Below, piece after piece: positions 8,830 to 18,141 of a stretch of 64,000 nucleotides of DNA. The notes below the pieces were generated by a model. It was not told the DNA's origin. It was given only the letters and a program-made list of their open reading frames with translations, and did no database searches. This DNA comes from Bdellovibrionales bacterium (GTDB lineage Bacteria; Bdellovibrionota; Bdellovibrionia; Bdellovibrionales; UBA1609), in the NCBI GenBank assembly GCA_041690295.1, contig JAWLHR010000015.1:1-64000 (forward strand), given 5' to 3'. Position numbers and translations under genes: made by a program. Position 1 is the stretch's first letter; every line of letters begins with the position of its first letter.

Positions 8830-9768
8830 CTAATTCGCGGATTCGAGGCAGGTCATCGAAAAAATCGGAGTTTTCGGAGCGAAAAACTCCGAGCTCCACA
8901 TCACTCGGTCTTCCTTGGGCGCGTAGGCCAGTGTTTCTTGCTGGTCAAGCGACTCAATCGGCACCAACGCCCAGTCGACGTCCTGTGTCCACATCGAGGC
9001 CAGTTCCAAATTGGACATTTTCTCCCACTTGATTTCAATCAAGGCGGCGTAAGTGAGAATTCCCAGAACGGAGCGCTGGGCGTTGAATGCGGCGTCGGTC
9101 ACGGCGGCGGAAAGCACGCTTTGATCTTTAAGCCATTTGTGAATCGGCAAGGCGCCGAGCTTTTTCGCGATTAAGAATTTTTCACCGGAGTGCAGCCAAT
9201 CTTTCTTTGGCAATTGATAAACAAACGATTGAGCGGAACTTAAAAGGGAAATCTCCTTGGTGATGAACAAAAGATCGCCTTTGGGCGAGCTGACCATGGC
9301 TTCAACGTCTTTCGGTCCGTCGGAATACATGAATTTAACCCGGCGAAAGGGTTTGGCGCGAGGAGGCTTCAAGTCTTGTTCCAGGTATATGATCAATTCG
9401 ACGTTTTTACGACGCTTGCGATTATCACCGACGTCGGCGACGATCAGACAAGACTTGCCGTCACAATCGGCCACGGCCAGAGCCTCTGTGTCGGTAAACT
9501 TCTTTTTTTGCAGGTTAATTTTTTGGATGTTGGAACCCTTTCGGTCCGTGACGATCAAGTCGGCCGGGTTTCCCGAGTCATTTATCCAGTAGACGCGCTC
9601 GGGGAATTGGCGGGAGACAGCAAGGCCGCTCGCTTCCGGGATGAACTTTCGGGTCAAGTGGCCCTCGGTTTTGACTTCGGACCATTTGCGGCAAAGTCCC
9701 GCATGACTCAAGTGCGGCAACAATAAAAGAATCGTGAGATTCCAAATCGACCATGTCATTCTCTTCAT
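8830..9768 (-). CDS. Secreted hypothetical protein, probable beta-propeller
   Basis: Signal peptide; 'EASGLA..S', 'NDSG', 'DTEALA', 'ADVGDN', 'DVEAM' motifs; likely start at ATG 9768. Confidence 0.65.
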   Translation of the reverse strand: MKRMTWSIWNLTILLLLPHLSHAGLCRKWSEVKTEGHLTRKFIPEASGLAVSRQFPERVYWINDSGNPADLIVTDRKGSNIQKINLQKKKFTDTEALAVADCDGKSCLIVADVGDNRKRRKNVELIIYLEQDLKPPRAKPFRRVKFMYSDGPKDVEAMVSSPKGDLLFITKEISLLSSAQSFVYQLPKKDWLHSGEKFLIAKKLGALPIHKWLKDQSVLSAAVTDAAFNAQRSVLGILTYAALIEIKWEKMSNLELASMWTQDVDWALVPIESLDQQETLAYAPKEDRVMWSSEFFAPKTPIFSMTCLESAN

Positions 9769-9785
9769 TATCAGGAGAGTGGAAC

Positions 9786-10946
9786 ATGAATGCAAAATGC
9801 GTGGTGTTGTTGGTAGTGTTGGCGAGCCTGGCAGGTTGCAAGTCTGGGACGAAAAAAGAAGAGCCGGTCACGGTGACGGGCTCCATGCAAAATCTTTCGT
9901 CCAGTCTTTCCACTTTGTTGCCGCTCGCGCACGACCCGATTCAATTCAGTGAACCTCAAAATCGTGCGGTCATCGACAAGGAAACCGAACGGCTGGCGCG
10001 TTTCAGTCACAAAGTTAAAAGCGCGGTCCCCGCGTTTGATTATATCGCGAGCCGGTTGAGCGCCGACATGCAAGAGGCGAGGCGGCTCATGGACTTGGGC
10101 AATCTTCCCGCCGCCCGTCACCGGATCCGCAATGCGGCGAATTATTGCATTTCCTGTCACACTCAATCGCCGCAAGGGCCCCATTTCACCGTGGCCAAAG
10201 CCGGTGCGTTTTATGAAAAATTAAATGCCTTGGATCGGGCGAATTACCTGATCGCGGTTCGCCACTTTGATGATGCGGTGGCCGAATTCGAGCGGGCGAT
10301 GAACAGTCCGGATCTCGCGCTTCAACCATTCGCGACGCTTGAAGCGCTCACTTTAAAAATTCTCGCTGTCGCCGTTCGGGTCAAACAAGATCCCAAAATG
10401 GCATTGCAGATTGTTGACCGAATGATCCAGTCGAAGTGGGCTCCGGTGTATCTGCAGCTGAGCGGTCTTAAATGGCGGGATTCCATTCATAGATGGGCGA
10501 GGGCACCGAAACGACGGGGTTCGTTGCCGGCGGTTAAATGGCTGGTCGCGCGGGGCATGCGCAAACAAATGGAGTCGCCGTTGTCACGGGCGGGGTTGAT
10601 TGAAAATCTTCGTGCCTCGGCCATGGCCAATGAACTTTTGAGCCAGGCGCGACCGGAAAAAGAAATGGCGGAGATTTACTACTATGCGGGATTGGCCTCC
10701 GAAGCTTTGGATGATTTGGATCTGACCGACTCGAGCGAACGCCATTATGAGCGTTGCATTCGCGTCTTTCCCCATTCGGTGACCGCGCGCAATTGTTATT
10801 TGCGTTTGGAAGGTCACCAACTCGCCAGTTATAGCGCCGCGGAGATTCCCGTGCCCCAGGCGGTGCGTGATAACTTGGAAGCACTTAAAAAGTTGGCGAT
10901 CGAGAAGGGCGCGTCCTGGCTTGACCCTATTCGCAAGGCTGAATAA
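9786..10946 (+). CDS. Lipoprotein with one c-type heme motif and a TPR-like helical region
   Basis: AGGAG RBS; lipobox LAGC; CISCH; TPR-like 'YYYAGLASEAL...HYERCIRVFP'. Confidence 0.75.
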   Translation: MNAKCVVLLVVLASLAGCKSGTKKEEPVTVTGSMQNLSSSLSTLLPLAHDPIQFSEPQNRAVIDKETERLARFSHKVKSAVPAFDYIASRLSADMQEARRLMDLGNLPAARHRIRNAANYCISCHTQSPQGPHFTVAKAGAFYEKLNALDRANYLIAVRHFDDAVAEFERAMNSPDLALQPFATLEALTLKILAVAVRVKQDPKMALQIVDRMIQSKWAPVYLQLSGLKWRDSIHRWARAPKRRGSLPAVKWLVARGMRKQMESPLSRAGLIENLRASAMANELLSQARPEKEMAEIYYYAGLASEALDDLDLTDSSERHYERCIRVFPHSVTARNCYLRLEGHQLASYSAAEIPVPQAVRDNLEALKKLAIEKGASWLDPIRKAE

Positions 10947-10976
10947 AGTCCGCCCAATTCATTTCTTGGGGGGAGT

Positions 10977-11765
10977 ATGTTCAAGGCCGGGCTGTGGCTT
11001 TTTCTGGTCCTGTTCACGGGCGGCGCCTTCGCGCAAGTGCCGCCGACAATTGATTCCGCGAAACGCGAAAAATCCGAAGACTATCGTGTTTATAAGTACA
11101 GAGCGAAATGGCTTGCCGAGCAGAGTGAACAACCGGCGCCGTACCGCACGCCGTTGGATGAAGCGACCACCCGGCTGGAGAATTTACCGCGGGCGACACG
11201 CTGGCCGTCGATGAACGTGCTGAATGAGGCTTTCGCCCGCTTCCGCGATTACCGCTTTTTGACCGATAGCGAACGACCGAACTTTTTGCGGCGATCCACC
11301 TGGTTATTTCCCGATGATGGTTGTTATGCACGGGCCTCGCTGGCCAATCGCAATTTAAAAAATTGGAACTATCCCGTCCCCAAAAAAGTTTTCGTCTTCG
11401 GCAACCTGCTTGTGGAGACGCCCAATTCTCCGCTGGGTGAAGTTAGCTGGTGGTATCACGTGGCGCCGATCGTGGAGGTCCATGGGCGGAAGTACGTCAT
11501 GGATCCGGCCATCGAACCGCGACGGCCGCTCACCCTGCAAGCTTGGTTAAAACGGATGCACCAGAGGCCGGGACGAGTCGAAGTGGCTATTTGCGCTTCG
11601 GGGACTTACACGCCCAACGACAGTTGCGAACGCGAAACCGACGGAGTCGAAGAAGTCGCTGAAACCGTTCAGAAGTTTTTTCTCGCCGATGAGTGGTACC
11701 GAGTCCTGGATCTCGGCCGTAATCCCGAGCAAGAATTAGGTGATTCTCCGCCCTGGCTGAATTAA
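10977..11765 (+). CDS. Secreted protein-glutaminase family deamidase
   Basis: Signal peptide (AFA); DGCYARA (Cys), WWYHVAP (His), VMDP (Asp) triad pattern. Confidence 0.8.
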   Translation: MFKAGLWLFLVLFTGGAFAQVPPTIDSAKREKSEDYRVYKYRAKWLAEQSEQPAPYRTPLDEATTRLENLPRATRWPSMNVLNEAFARFRDYRFLTDSERPNFLRRSTWLFPDDGCYARASLANRNLKNWNYPVPKKVFVFGNLLVETPNSPLGEVSWWYHVAPIVEVHGRKYVMDPAIEPRRPLTLQAWLKRMHQRPGRVEVAICASGTYTPNDSCERETDGVEEVAETVQKFFLADEWYRVLDLGRNPEQELGDSPPWLN

Positions 11766-11776
11766 TCCTGATTTAT

Positions 11777-12541
11777 ATGCGGCCTTTTCGATTTTTAGGC
11801 GTCTTGTTCGTTCTTTTGATTTACGTCCTGCACATGGCGTTGTTGCGGCCCATCGTGCGGGGGCGATGGCGGCGGGTTCGGCTTTCCAATCGGATTTTGA
11901 CCCGCTATTGCCGCCTGGGCCTGCGCATTCTCGGCGTGAAGGTGAATCCGGTTGGTCTCGAGCGATTGGCCGGTATCGGGAACGCCTTATATGTCGGCAA
12001 TCATTTATCCTATCTGGACGTTTTGGTGATCTCGAGCCAAAAACCAGCCGCCTTTGTAACTTCCGTTGAAATTCGTGAAACTCCAGGATTGGGTCTGATC
12101 TGCGAACTTTCCGGCTGCCTTTTTGTTGAGCGGCGTAATCGGAGCCGGTTGATGAGCGAGGTCAGTGAATTGGCGGAAGGCTTAAACCATGGTTTAAACG
12201 TCGCCATTTTTCCTGAAGCCACCAGCACCAACGGTGAATCGGTCCTTCGCTTCCGCCGGCCGCTTTTTCTCGCGGCCGTTCAGACAAAGGTTCCCGTGGT
12301 GCCCTTCTGCTTGAACTATCGCATGGTCGGCGGCCAGCCTATTAATAAGGAAAGCCGTGATTCGGTGTTTTGGTACGGTGATATGGACTTTCTTCCCCAT
12401 TTATGGGCACTGGCGGGGGCGGGGGGCGTCTCCGTGGATCTTGAATTTCTGGAGCCCATGTCCGTGACCGGTCACGAGGAACCCGGCGACTTGGCCGCCC
12501 GTTCGCATAAGGCCGTCGAGCAAGTGTTCAGGCCGGTTTGA
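11777..12541 (+). CDS. Lysophospholipid acyltransferase (PlsC/OlsA family)
   Basis: NHLSYLD (HX4D), FVER, IFPEATSTNG motifs. Confidence 0.9.
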   Translation: MRPFRFLGVLFVLLIYVLHMALLRPIVRGRWRRVRLSNRILTRYCRLGLRILGVKVNPVGLERLAGIGNALYVGNHLSYLDVLVISSQKPAAFVTSVEIRETPGLGLICELSGCLFVERRNRSRLMSEVSELAEGLNHGLNVAIFPEATSTNGESVLRFRRPLFLAAVQTKVPVVPFCLNYRMVGGQPINKESRDSVFWYGDMDFLPHLWALAGAGGVSVDLEFLEPMSVTGHEEPGDLAARSHKAVEQVFRPV

Positions 12542-12619
12542 AAAATTTGCCCTTGCTGTAGTTTATGAATTCGTCAAAGACTTTGGCCTTCAAGAATTCC
12601 AACAACTTGGAGGACCTGC

Positions 12620-15600
12620 TTGAGTGCCATCTTGGTACTGTTGAGTTTTGCCTTTCTCACTTTCGCTCATGACATTCCGTGCGAAGTTCCTTTAATTGCG
12701 AACGACCGAGCCATGACAGTGGGGGAGCTGCGCGAGAGGTCCAAGGAGCGCATTGCGCAGCGCGAACAACGGGTGCCCCGCCCCCGTTTCGACAACATTG
12801 AGATTGCGAGCCTTGCTGAGCAGGAGGGCGAGCCGGCTCCGCGAGCCATTCAAGATATCTTAGGCGAAAACTTCAGTTTGGTGGCCACTCCCGCTCCCAC
12901 ATCGCCGGATCCGGTTTCCGTGGGTCTTGTGCAAGAGGCCGGGCTTTCCTTTCCACTTCACCTCGACATTTTGTGGAAGGGTCAGCACACCAGCACCGCG
13001 GCTTATTTCACCTTGCCGAAGCGGCTTCGTTCCAACGGCGGTTACATCATTGGTCCTGAGTATAAAATCGCCCAGGTTCACCTGCATGGCGGAGGAACGC
13101 CCACCGCGACGGGCAAGAACGGCGTCAGCATCGGCGAAAAACTCGCGGATGAAAATGTACCCGTGATGTCCGTGGATCTTTTCGGTCATGGCCGCGCCAC
13201 CCGCCGGCCCGATGGCCTGCTCAGCGCCCGCGACCAGGTGGAATACATTTGGGAGATGGTGGAGCGCGCGATTCACCCTTCAGTGCCGGTGATCATCAGC
13301 GGTCACAGTTACGGCGCGATGCTGGCGCTCGTGATGCATCGGATGTCGGCCGATCCGAAGTTCAATCGCATCGTACACTTCGTTTCGATGTCGCCCGGAA
13401 TTGATCCGACTTTGGGAGGATCTCCCGAGGAGCGGTTGAAAGCCCAGGAGTGGTACGAGAAAAATTATCCGCAGCTTAAAAAACGAATCGCTCCGGCCGA
13501 CTTCGAGTTCTTGAGCAACATCATTCAAAATGGCAAAGACTCGGATGTCGGATCCCTGTTCACCGCCTTAACCGACCTGGATTACTCGCTCAAACCCTTG
13601 ACGGCGGAAGAGCAAGCCCGTCTTAAGCCGCTTACGGTGATCGTGGGCACGGCGGATGGAATGGTGTACGTGGGTTGGGAGCGCCAGTTCCAGGAGCTGT
13701 TCGGAAATTTAATCCCGCCTTCAAAGTTCGTTCTTCTTGGCCCGGGCCGTACCTGGAAATCACCCAACGAAGATGTGCCCACCGGCCACCAGATCTTTGA
13801 TCGCTACATTGATGGTACGACCAAGTATCAAGTTTATGAAATGCTCAAAGAGATCGCGCGAACCGCGGCGGGTGAAGCCACACCACCGGATGCCGAAGAT
13901 CCCGCGGAAAAAGCTTACGACACGTTTCTTCGCCATTACGCCGGCTTCTTCGCGTTCCGCGAGTTAATGGATAACCATGTGGAGTATGTTGAACGTCGCT
14001 TGCCTTATATGCTGGAGCTGACCGGCGGAAAGGACAGCGGACGCAAGGCTGTGATCGAAAAATACATTTTCCGTTCCGAGGAACTCGAATCGAAGTGGTC
14101 GAAGGAAACGGATTCAAAAGTTCAAAAAGCTCTTGATGAACTCGCCAAAGACATCGGCCTGCCCGGCATTATCACGGCCGAGCGCGCGCAGTCTGAATTG
14201 GATCAACCGGATCTGACACCTCAGCGACGGGCCGAACTGGAAGCGGTGTGGAGCCAGGTCGAGAAAATTGATGAGGACCTCAAATCAAGTTTTGTGGACC
14301 AAATTTCCGAAGACCACCTTCGCCAGTTGGAATCGGAGTTCGCTGAAACATTGCGGGCCGCTGGCGTCACTGACCTTAACGATTACAAGTCCAAGATGGA
14401 CGAGCTGGAAAAAGTGAAACCCACGAATGCCGCGGAAAAGAAAGTGCGCGCGGATTTGAAACGACTTCACCAAAAGTACAACGCGATTCTTAAGGAACGC
14501 GCCCGGCGCTACGGAGAGGAGCGGGAAAACCGGATCGCAAAACTTAAACTTCCCGAAGGAATCGCGGACATCCGAGCGCTTGTTCGAGAGCTTAAGACCG
14601 ATCGCTCCCCCGAGCGGCGGCGGATGCTGAAAGAGTATCTGGCCCGCATGGAGGGCGTGAAAGAAAACGTACGCCGGATCGCCCGTGAGGAACTGCGCCA
14701 GCGCTTGGCGGAAATCCCGCGTCCCGAAGGAGTTCGCGACCTCAACCATGCCCGCCAAATCAAAAATGAAATCGACGCCCGTCTGGCGCTGGTTTATGTC
14801 CCCGAGGGCGACGCGGAAATTCAAGCCATTGTCGATCGGATCATTGATCTCGAAGAGCGCACAACCGCGATCAAAAAGGGCACGGACACCATCCCCGGGC
14901 TGGATAAGTTGGAGTCGGCCATGGATGATTTGCGTGTTCGCCACGCGGCCACCCAAAAGAAATGGCAGAGCTTATGGGCCAAGAAAATCCTCACTTCCAA
15001 AATCATCGCGGAACTGGAACGAAAATATGACGAAGCGGTCACGCGTTCCCAGGAAGCCAACTTCCATTACAAATCCGTTCGCAACCGCTGGCTGATTTCG
15101 TTGAACGCCCGCGGGGAACTGACGGGTGAGAGAGTGCGCGCGCTCACTCCGGAAATCCGCCGCCTCAGAGAAATCGACCAGCGGCTGCGTCGCGAATTTC
15201 TGGCGATCAAGGAAGAGCTTGAAAAAGCCCGCCGTGATGAAACCCGAAACGGCCGGTTGCAAGGTCCGGAAGGGGCCGTGCAAGAAGCCCTGCGAGTTTT
15301 AGAACTTGAGCGCTCGTTGGCCGCTGAGTTGCGCTCCGCCGAGACTCTTTTGGAGTCCCGCGCCCGCGCCTATTGGAAGCTTGAGGCCGAACTTAATCAC
15401 GAAAAATTCAGATATGTTCGTTTAATGGAAGCGAAAGAGCGGTTGCCGAAAACCATCGTGCCGGTCTCGATCTTGGCGCTGTTCAGTCGGCCCTATGACG
15501 AACTCATGCGTGAGTTGCGTGAAAATCCCGTGGCCTTGGAGGCGCTTCAACAGGCGCTCGCCAAATGGGAGCCGATCTTGACCTCCATTCGCCGGCAGAA

Positions 15601-15634
15601 TCAGGTGAATCCCACGGACATGAGTTCTTACTGA
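12620..15634 (+). CDS. Large secreted alpha/beta hydrolase with a roughly 550-aa coiled-coil C-terminus
   Basis: GGAGG RBS, TTG start, signal peptide; HLHGGG, DLFGHG, GHSYG, GTADG, GH motifs; E/K/R/L-rich helical tail. Confidence 0.75.
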   Translation: MSAILVLLSFAFLTFAHDIPCEVPLIANDRAMTVGELRERSKERIAQREQRVPRPRFDNIEIASLAEQEGEPAPRAIQDILGENFSLVATPAPTSPDPVSVGLVQEAGLSFPLHLDILWKGQHTSTAAYFTLPKRLRSNGGYIIGPEYKIAQVHLHGGGTPTATGKNGVSIGEKLADENVPVMSVDLFGHGRATRRPDGLLSARDQVEYIWEMVERAIHPSVPVIISGHSYGAMLALVMHRMSADPKFNRIVHFVSMSPGIDPTLGGSPEERLKAQEWYEKNYPQLKKRIAPADFEFLSNIIQNGKDSDVGSLFTALTDLDYSLKPLTAEEQARLKPLTVIVGTADGMVYVGWERQFQELFGNLIPPSKFVLLGPGRTWKSPNEDVPTGHQIFDRYIDGTTKYQVYEMLKEIARTAAGEATPPDAEDPAEKAYDTFLRHYAGFFAFRELMDNHVEYVERRLPYMLELTGGKDSGRKAVIEKYIFRSEELESKWSKETDSKVQKALDELAKDIGLPGIITAERAQSELDQPDLTPQRRAELEAVWSQVEKIDEDLKSSFVDQISEDHLRQLESEFAETLRAAGVTDLNDYKSKMDELEKVKPTNAAEKKVRADLKRLHQKYNAILKERARRYGEERENRIAKLKLPEGIADIRALVRELKTDRSPERRRMLKEYLARMEGVKENVRRIAREELRQRLAEIPRPEGVRDLNHARQIKNEIDARLALVYVPEGDAEIQAIVDRIIDLEERTTAIKKGTDTIPGLDKLESAMDDLRVRHAATQKKWQSLWAKKILTSKIIAELERKYDEAVTRSQEANFHYKSVRNRWLISLNARGELTGERVRALTPEIRRLREIDQRLRREFLAIKEELEKARRDETRNGRLQGPEGAVQEALRVLELERSLAAELRSAETLLESRARAYWKLEAELNHEKFRYVRLMEAKERLPKTIVPVSILALFSRPYDELMRELRENPVALEALQQALAKWEPILTSIRRQNQVNPTDMSSY

Positions 15635-15638
15635 ACGT

Positions 15639-16445
15639 TCACCAGGTCTTTAAGGAAATAAAATCGTATTCGCCGAGCGGACGACCGTCGCGGAAAAATC
15701 GCAGTTTCTTGGGCAGATAAGTGCCGTTGTCCAACGCGAGTTCGAAGGGCGGAAGGGTTTTTGGGACTTTTATCCGGTGTTCCTTCTTGCGATTAAAAAG
15801 CGAGTGAAGATTGGGGAACAGGTGAGCGTTAATTTGCTGGATGTAAAACGCCACCGTGCCGAATTTTTCTTCCAGGGAAAAAATGGAATCACCCGGTTGA
15901 AGCGTGATCTCCGAAAAATTTTGTTCCGGCGTGAATTTAATCAGACATTCGGATATCAGTGCGATCTCGCCGCCTTTTTCCGAGCGCCAATCGGGCAGAT
16001 GGAAACGAATGGCGTCCGCGAGAAGAAAGAAGCCGGCGCGGTTCAAAGTGATGAGTTCACCTTTCAACGCCCGTTCACTGGTTAAGTGAAGTTTATCTCC
16101 AACCACCGAGCGGGCCGCCCGGTTGGCCAAGACGCCGATCCCGGTCGGCTCACCCCAACTCACGCTCATCATTTCGCCGCCGGTGTACACCAGAGTCATG
16201 CCGTTGTTTCGAATGCCCGTCGTTCCCTTTTTTAAAAATTTATATTTGATGTGGTTTTTGCCTTCCACCCAAAGTTCAACGGGTTCGAAATACTCCTTAC
16301 CGTCCAACCACTCTCTCTTGTGAAGCGTGGCCGAATAGCCTTTGATCTTTTGCGCCTGCTCCACGAAACGCTCAAGGCAGTGCAGGGCTTCCGGTTGCAC
16401 TTTGGCGAACGCCGCGGAAGTGAGGAGGAGAGCCAGCGCAATCAC
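15639..16445 (-). CDS. Secreted DUF1571-like protein with a LysM-like insertion
   Basis: Signal peptide; 'YSATLHKREW' start, 'ITLQPGDSIFSLEEKFG...IQQIN' LysM-like, 'DNGTYLP...GEYDF' end. Confidence 0.5.
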   Translation of the reverse strand: MIALALLLTSAAFAKVQPEALHCLERFVEQAQKIKGYSATLHKREWLDGKEYFEPVELWVEGKNHIKYKFLKKGTTGIRNNGMTLVYTGGEMMSVSWGEPTGIGVLANRAARSVVGDKLHLTSERALKGELITLNRAGFFLLADAIRFHLPDWRSEKGGEIALISECLIKFTPEQNFSEITLQPGDSIFSLEEKFGTVAFYIQQINAHLFPNLHSLFNRKKEHRIKVPKTLPPFELALDNGTYLPKKLRFFRDGRPLGEYDFISLKTW

Positions 16446-17185
16446 GGCGTCCCCAATTCTTTTAAAAGGGCGGGCAAAATTTGAGCTGAAGTTCCGCTAA
16501 GGACTTCATCCACGAACGGGGAGATTTCCGTTCTCTCCGGATTGATTTCGACCACGTACGCGCCGGACTCGCGGGCCAGCAAAGGAAGCCCCGCCGCCGG
16601 ATAGACCACGCCCGAGGTGCCGATCGTGAAAAACAAATCACAGTCCCGCGCCGCAGCTTGGGCTTTCTCGTAAGCTTCCACCGGCAGCATTTCACCGAAC
16701 CAAACCACATCCGGTCGAAGCCTTCCACCACAGGCATCGCAGATGGCTTGGTGCGCTTCAACCACGGATTCCAGGTGTTCAAAACTGGCGAACTTTCCGC
16801 AGGACACGCAAAAACTGCGCATGATATTGCCGTGAATCTCCACCACCCGATTTGAACCGGCCCTTTGGTGAAGACCATCGACGTTTTGGGTGATTAACGT
16901 GAAAGAAGGAAAAAGCTTTTCCATTTCCGCCAGCGCGTAATGACCCGGATTGGGTTCGATGTCCCTCAGCACTTGGCGCCGGTGCTCATACCAACCCCAG
17001 ACCAGATCCGGATTTCGCAAAAAAGCGTCCATGTTAGCGAGCTCTTCCGGTTTGAATTTTTGCCAAAGCCCGTCTTTGTCGCGAAAGGTGGGCACGCCGC
17101 TCTCACGGGAGACTCCGGCCCCCGTCAAGGCGCTGACCTTGGTGGAGCGATGCCATAATTCCCGCAGGCGGTCCGAAAACTTCAC
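16442..17185 (-). CDS. cobB: NAD-dependent protein deacylase (sirtuin, class III)
   Basis: LTGAGVSRESGVPTFR, TQNVDGLHQRAG, HG, two CxxC, RPDVVWFGE, GTSGVVYPAAG; YxxR motif. Confidence 0.95.
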   Translation of the reverse strand: MKFSDRLRELWHRSTKVSALTGAGVSRESGVPTFRDKDGLWQKFKPEELANMDAFLRNPDLVWGWYEHRRQVLRDIEPNPGHYALAEMEKLFPSFTLITQNVDGLHQRAGSNRVVEIHGNIMRSFCVSCGKFASFEHLESVVEAHQAICDACGGRLRPDVVWFGEMLPVEAYEKAQAAARDCDLFFTIGTSGVVYPAAGLPLLARESGAYVVEINPERTEISPFVDEVLSGTSAQILPALLKELGTP

Positions 17186-17245
17186 AATCGCTACTCCGTC
17201 TCAACTTGAGTCGGTTGAACCCGGTTTTAACTGAGAACCACTCTC

Positions 17246-17266
17246 ATGTGACAAATATGTGACAAA
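17246..17266 (+). promoter_or_regulatory. Perfect 10-bp direct repeat with 11-bp period upstream of hemA (candidate OmpR-family site)
   Basis: ATGTGACAAA-T-ATGTGACAAA in the cobB/hemA intergenic region. Confidence 0.55.
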
Positions 17267-17301
17267 CAAGAGGCGTTCTCACGCTAAAAATTATATCACG
17301 C

Positions 17302-18141
17302 ATGCTCAAGAATTTTCATTTAATTCATCGTCGAAAGCCGAGGACGTTTGTCTCTTTGGGGCATCCGGTGTGGGAGACCTGCCTTCGTTCCATCGCGATT
17401 GTTCCTGATCCGGCCGAAGTGAAGCTGAATGCCGACGATGAGGTCTTCGCCGAGGAACAAGCCTTCGGGTTTTTACTTGAGGTGATCTGCGGTCTTCATT
17501 CCCCGATCGTTGGGGAAACCGAAGTCTTCGGGCAGTTCAAGAAATTCGCCAAAGAATGGCAGAAGGCGGAACCACATAGAGCGGCGTTGATTCAGCGTTT
17601 TCTAACCGAGGCCAAGGATCTTCGGACTCGTTATTTAACCAATCTGGGAACGCAATCCTACGGTGGCTGGTTGAAGCGAAAAATCCAGTCGCGGCGTTTG
17701 CATTTTCTGGGAGCCGGACAATTAGTGCGGGAGATCGTGCCGTATCTGCAAAAGTCGGCGGAAGACATTTTCGTGCATGCCAGAGACCCGCGCAAAGTGG
17801 ATTTTGCGGGCGTTCACCCGCAAGCGCTGGATGAACGAGCGTTCGATCACGGGGCTTTGATTATCGCGGCTCCCATTCCCGCTTTGGAGATTCAACGTTG
17901 GCTGGGCTCGCGTGTTCCTGATGAGATTTTTGACTTACGCGGAGAATCCGCGACGGACCCGCTTATCGTGGGGGATTCTCCGCATTGTGGATTGGCTGAA
18001 ATTTTCGCGGAGATTGAGAAAACCAAATCCCGTCTAATTCCCCTGGTGCAAAAGGTTCGGGGTGAAATCCGCGCACGCGGAGAACGTTTGACCGCGAAAG
18101 GCTTGGTTCGTCCCATGGGGTGGGACGATATATGCGCTTAA
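17302..18141 (+). CDS. hemA: Glutamyl-tRNA reductase, short form
   Basis: TCLR (catalytic Cys), 'CGLHSPIVGETEVFGQFK', GAGQLV NADPH motif; first gene of the hem cluster. Confidence 0.8.
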   Translation: MLKNFHLIHRRKPRTFVSLGHPVWETCLRSIAIVPDPAEVKLNADDEVFAEEQAFGFLLEVICGLHSPIVGETEVFGQFKKFAKEWQKAEPHRAALIQRFLTEAKDLRTRYLTNLGTQSYGGWLKRKIQSRRLHFLGAGQLVREIVPYLQKSAEDIFVHARDPRKVDFAGVHPQALDERAFDHGALIIAAPIPALEIQRWLGSRVPDEIFDLRGESATDPLIVGDSPHCGLAEIFAEIEKTKSRLIPLVQKVRGEIRARGERLTAKGLVRPMGWDDICA

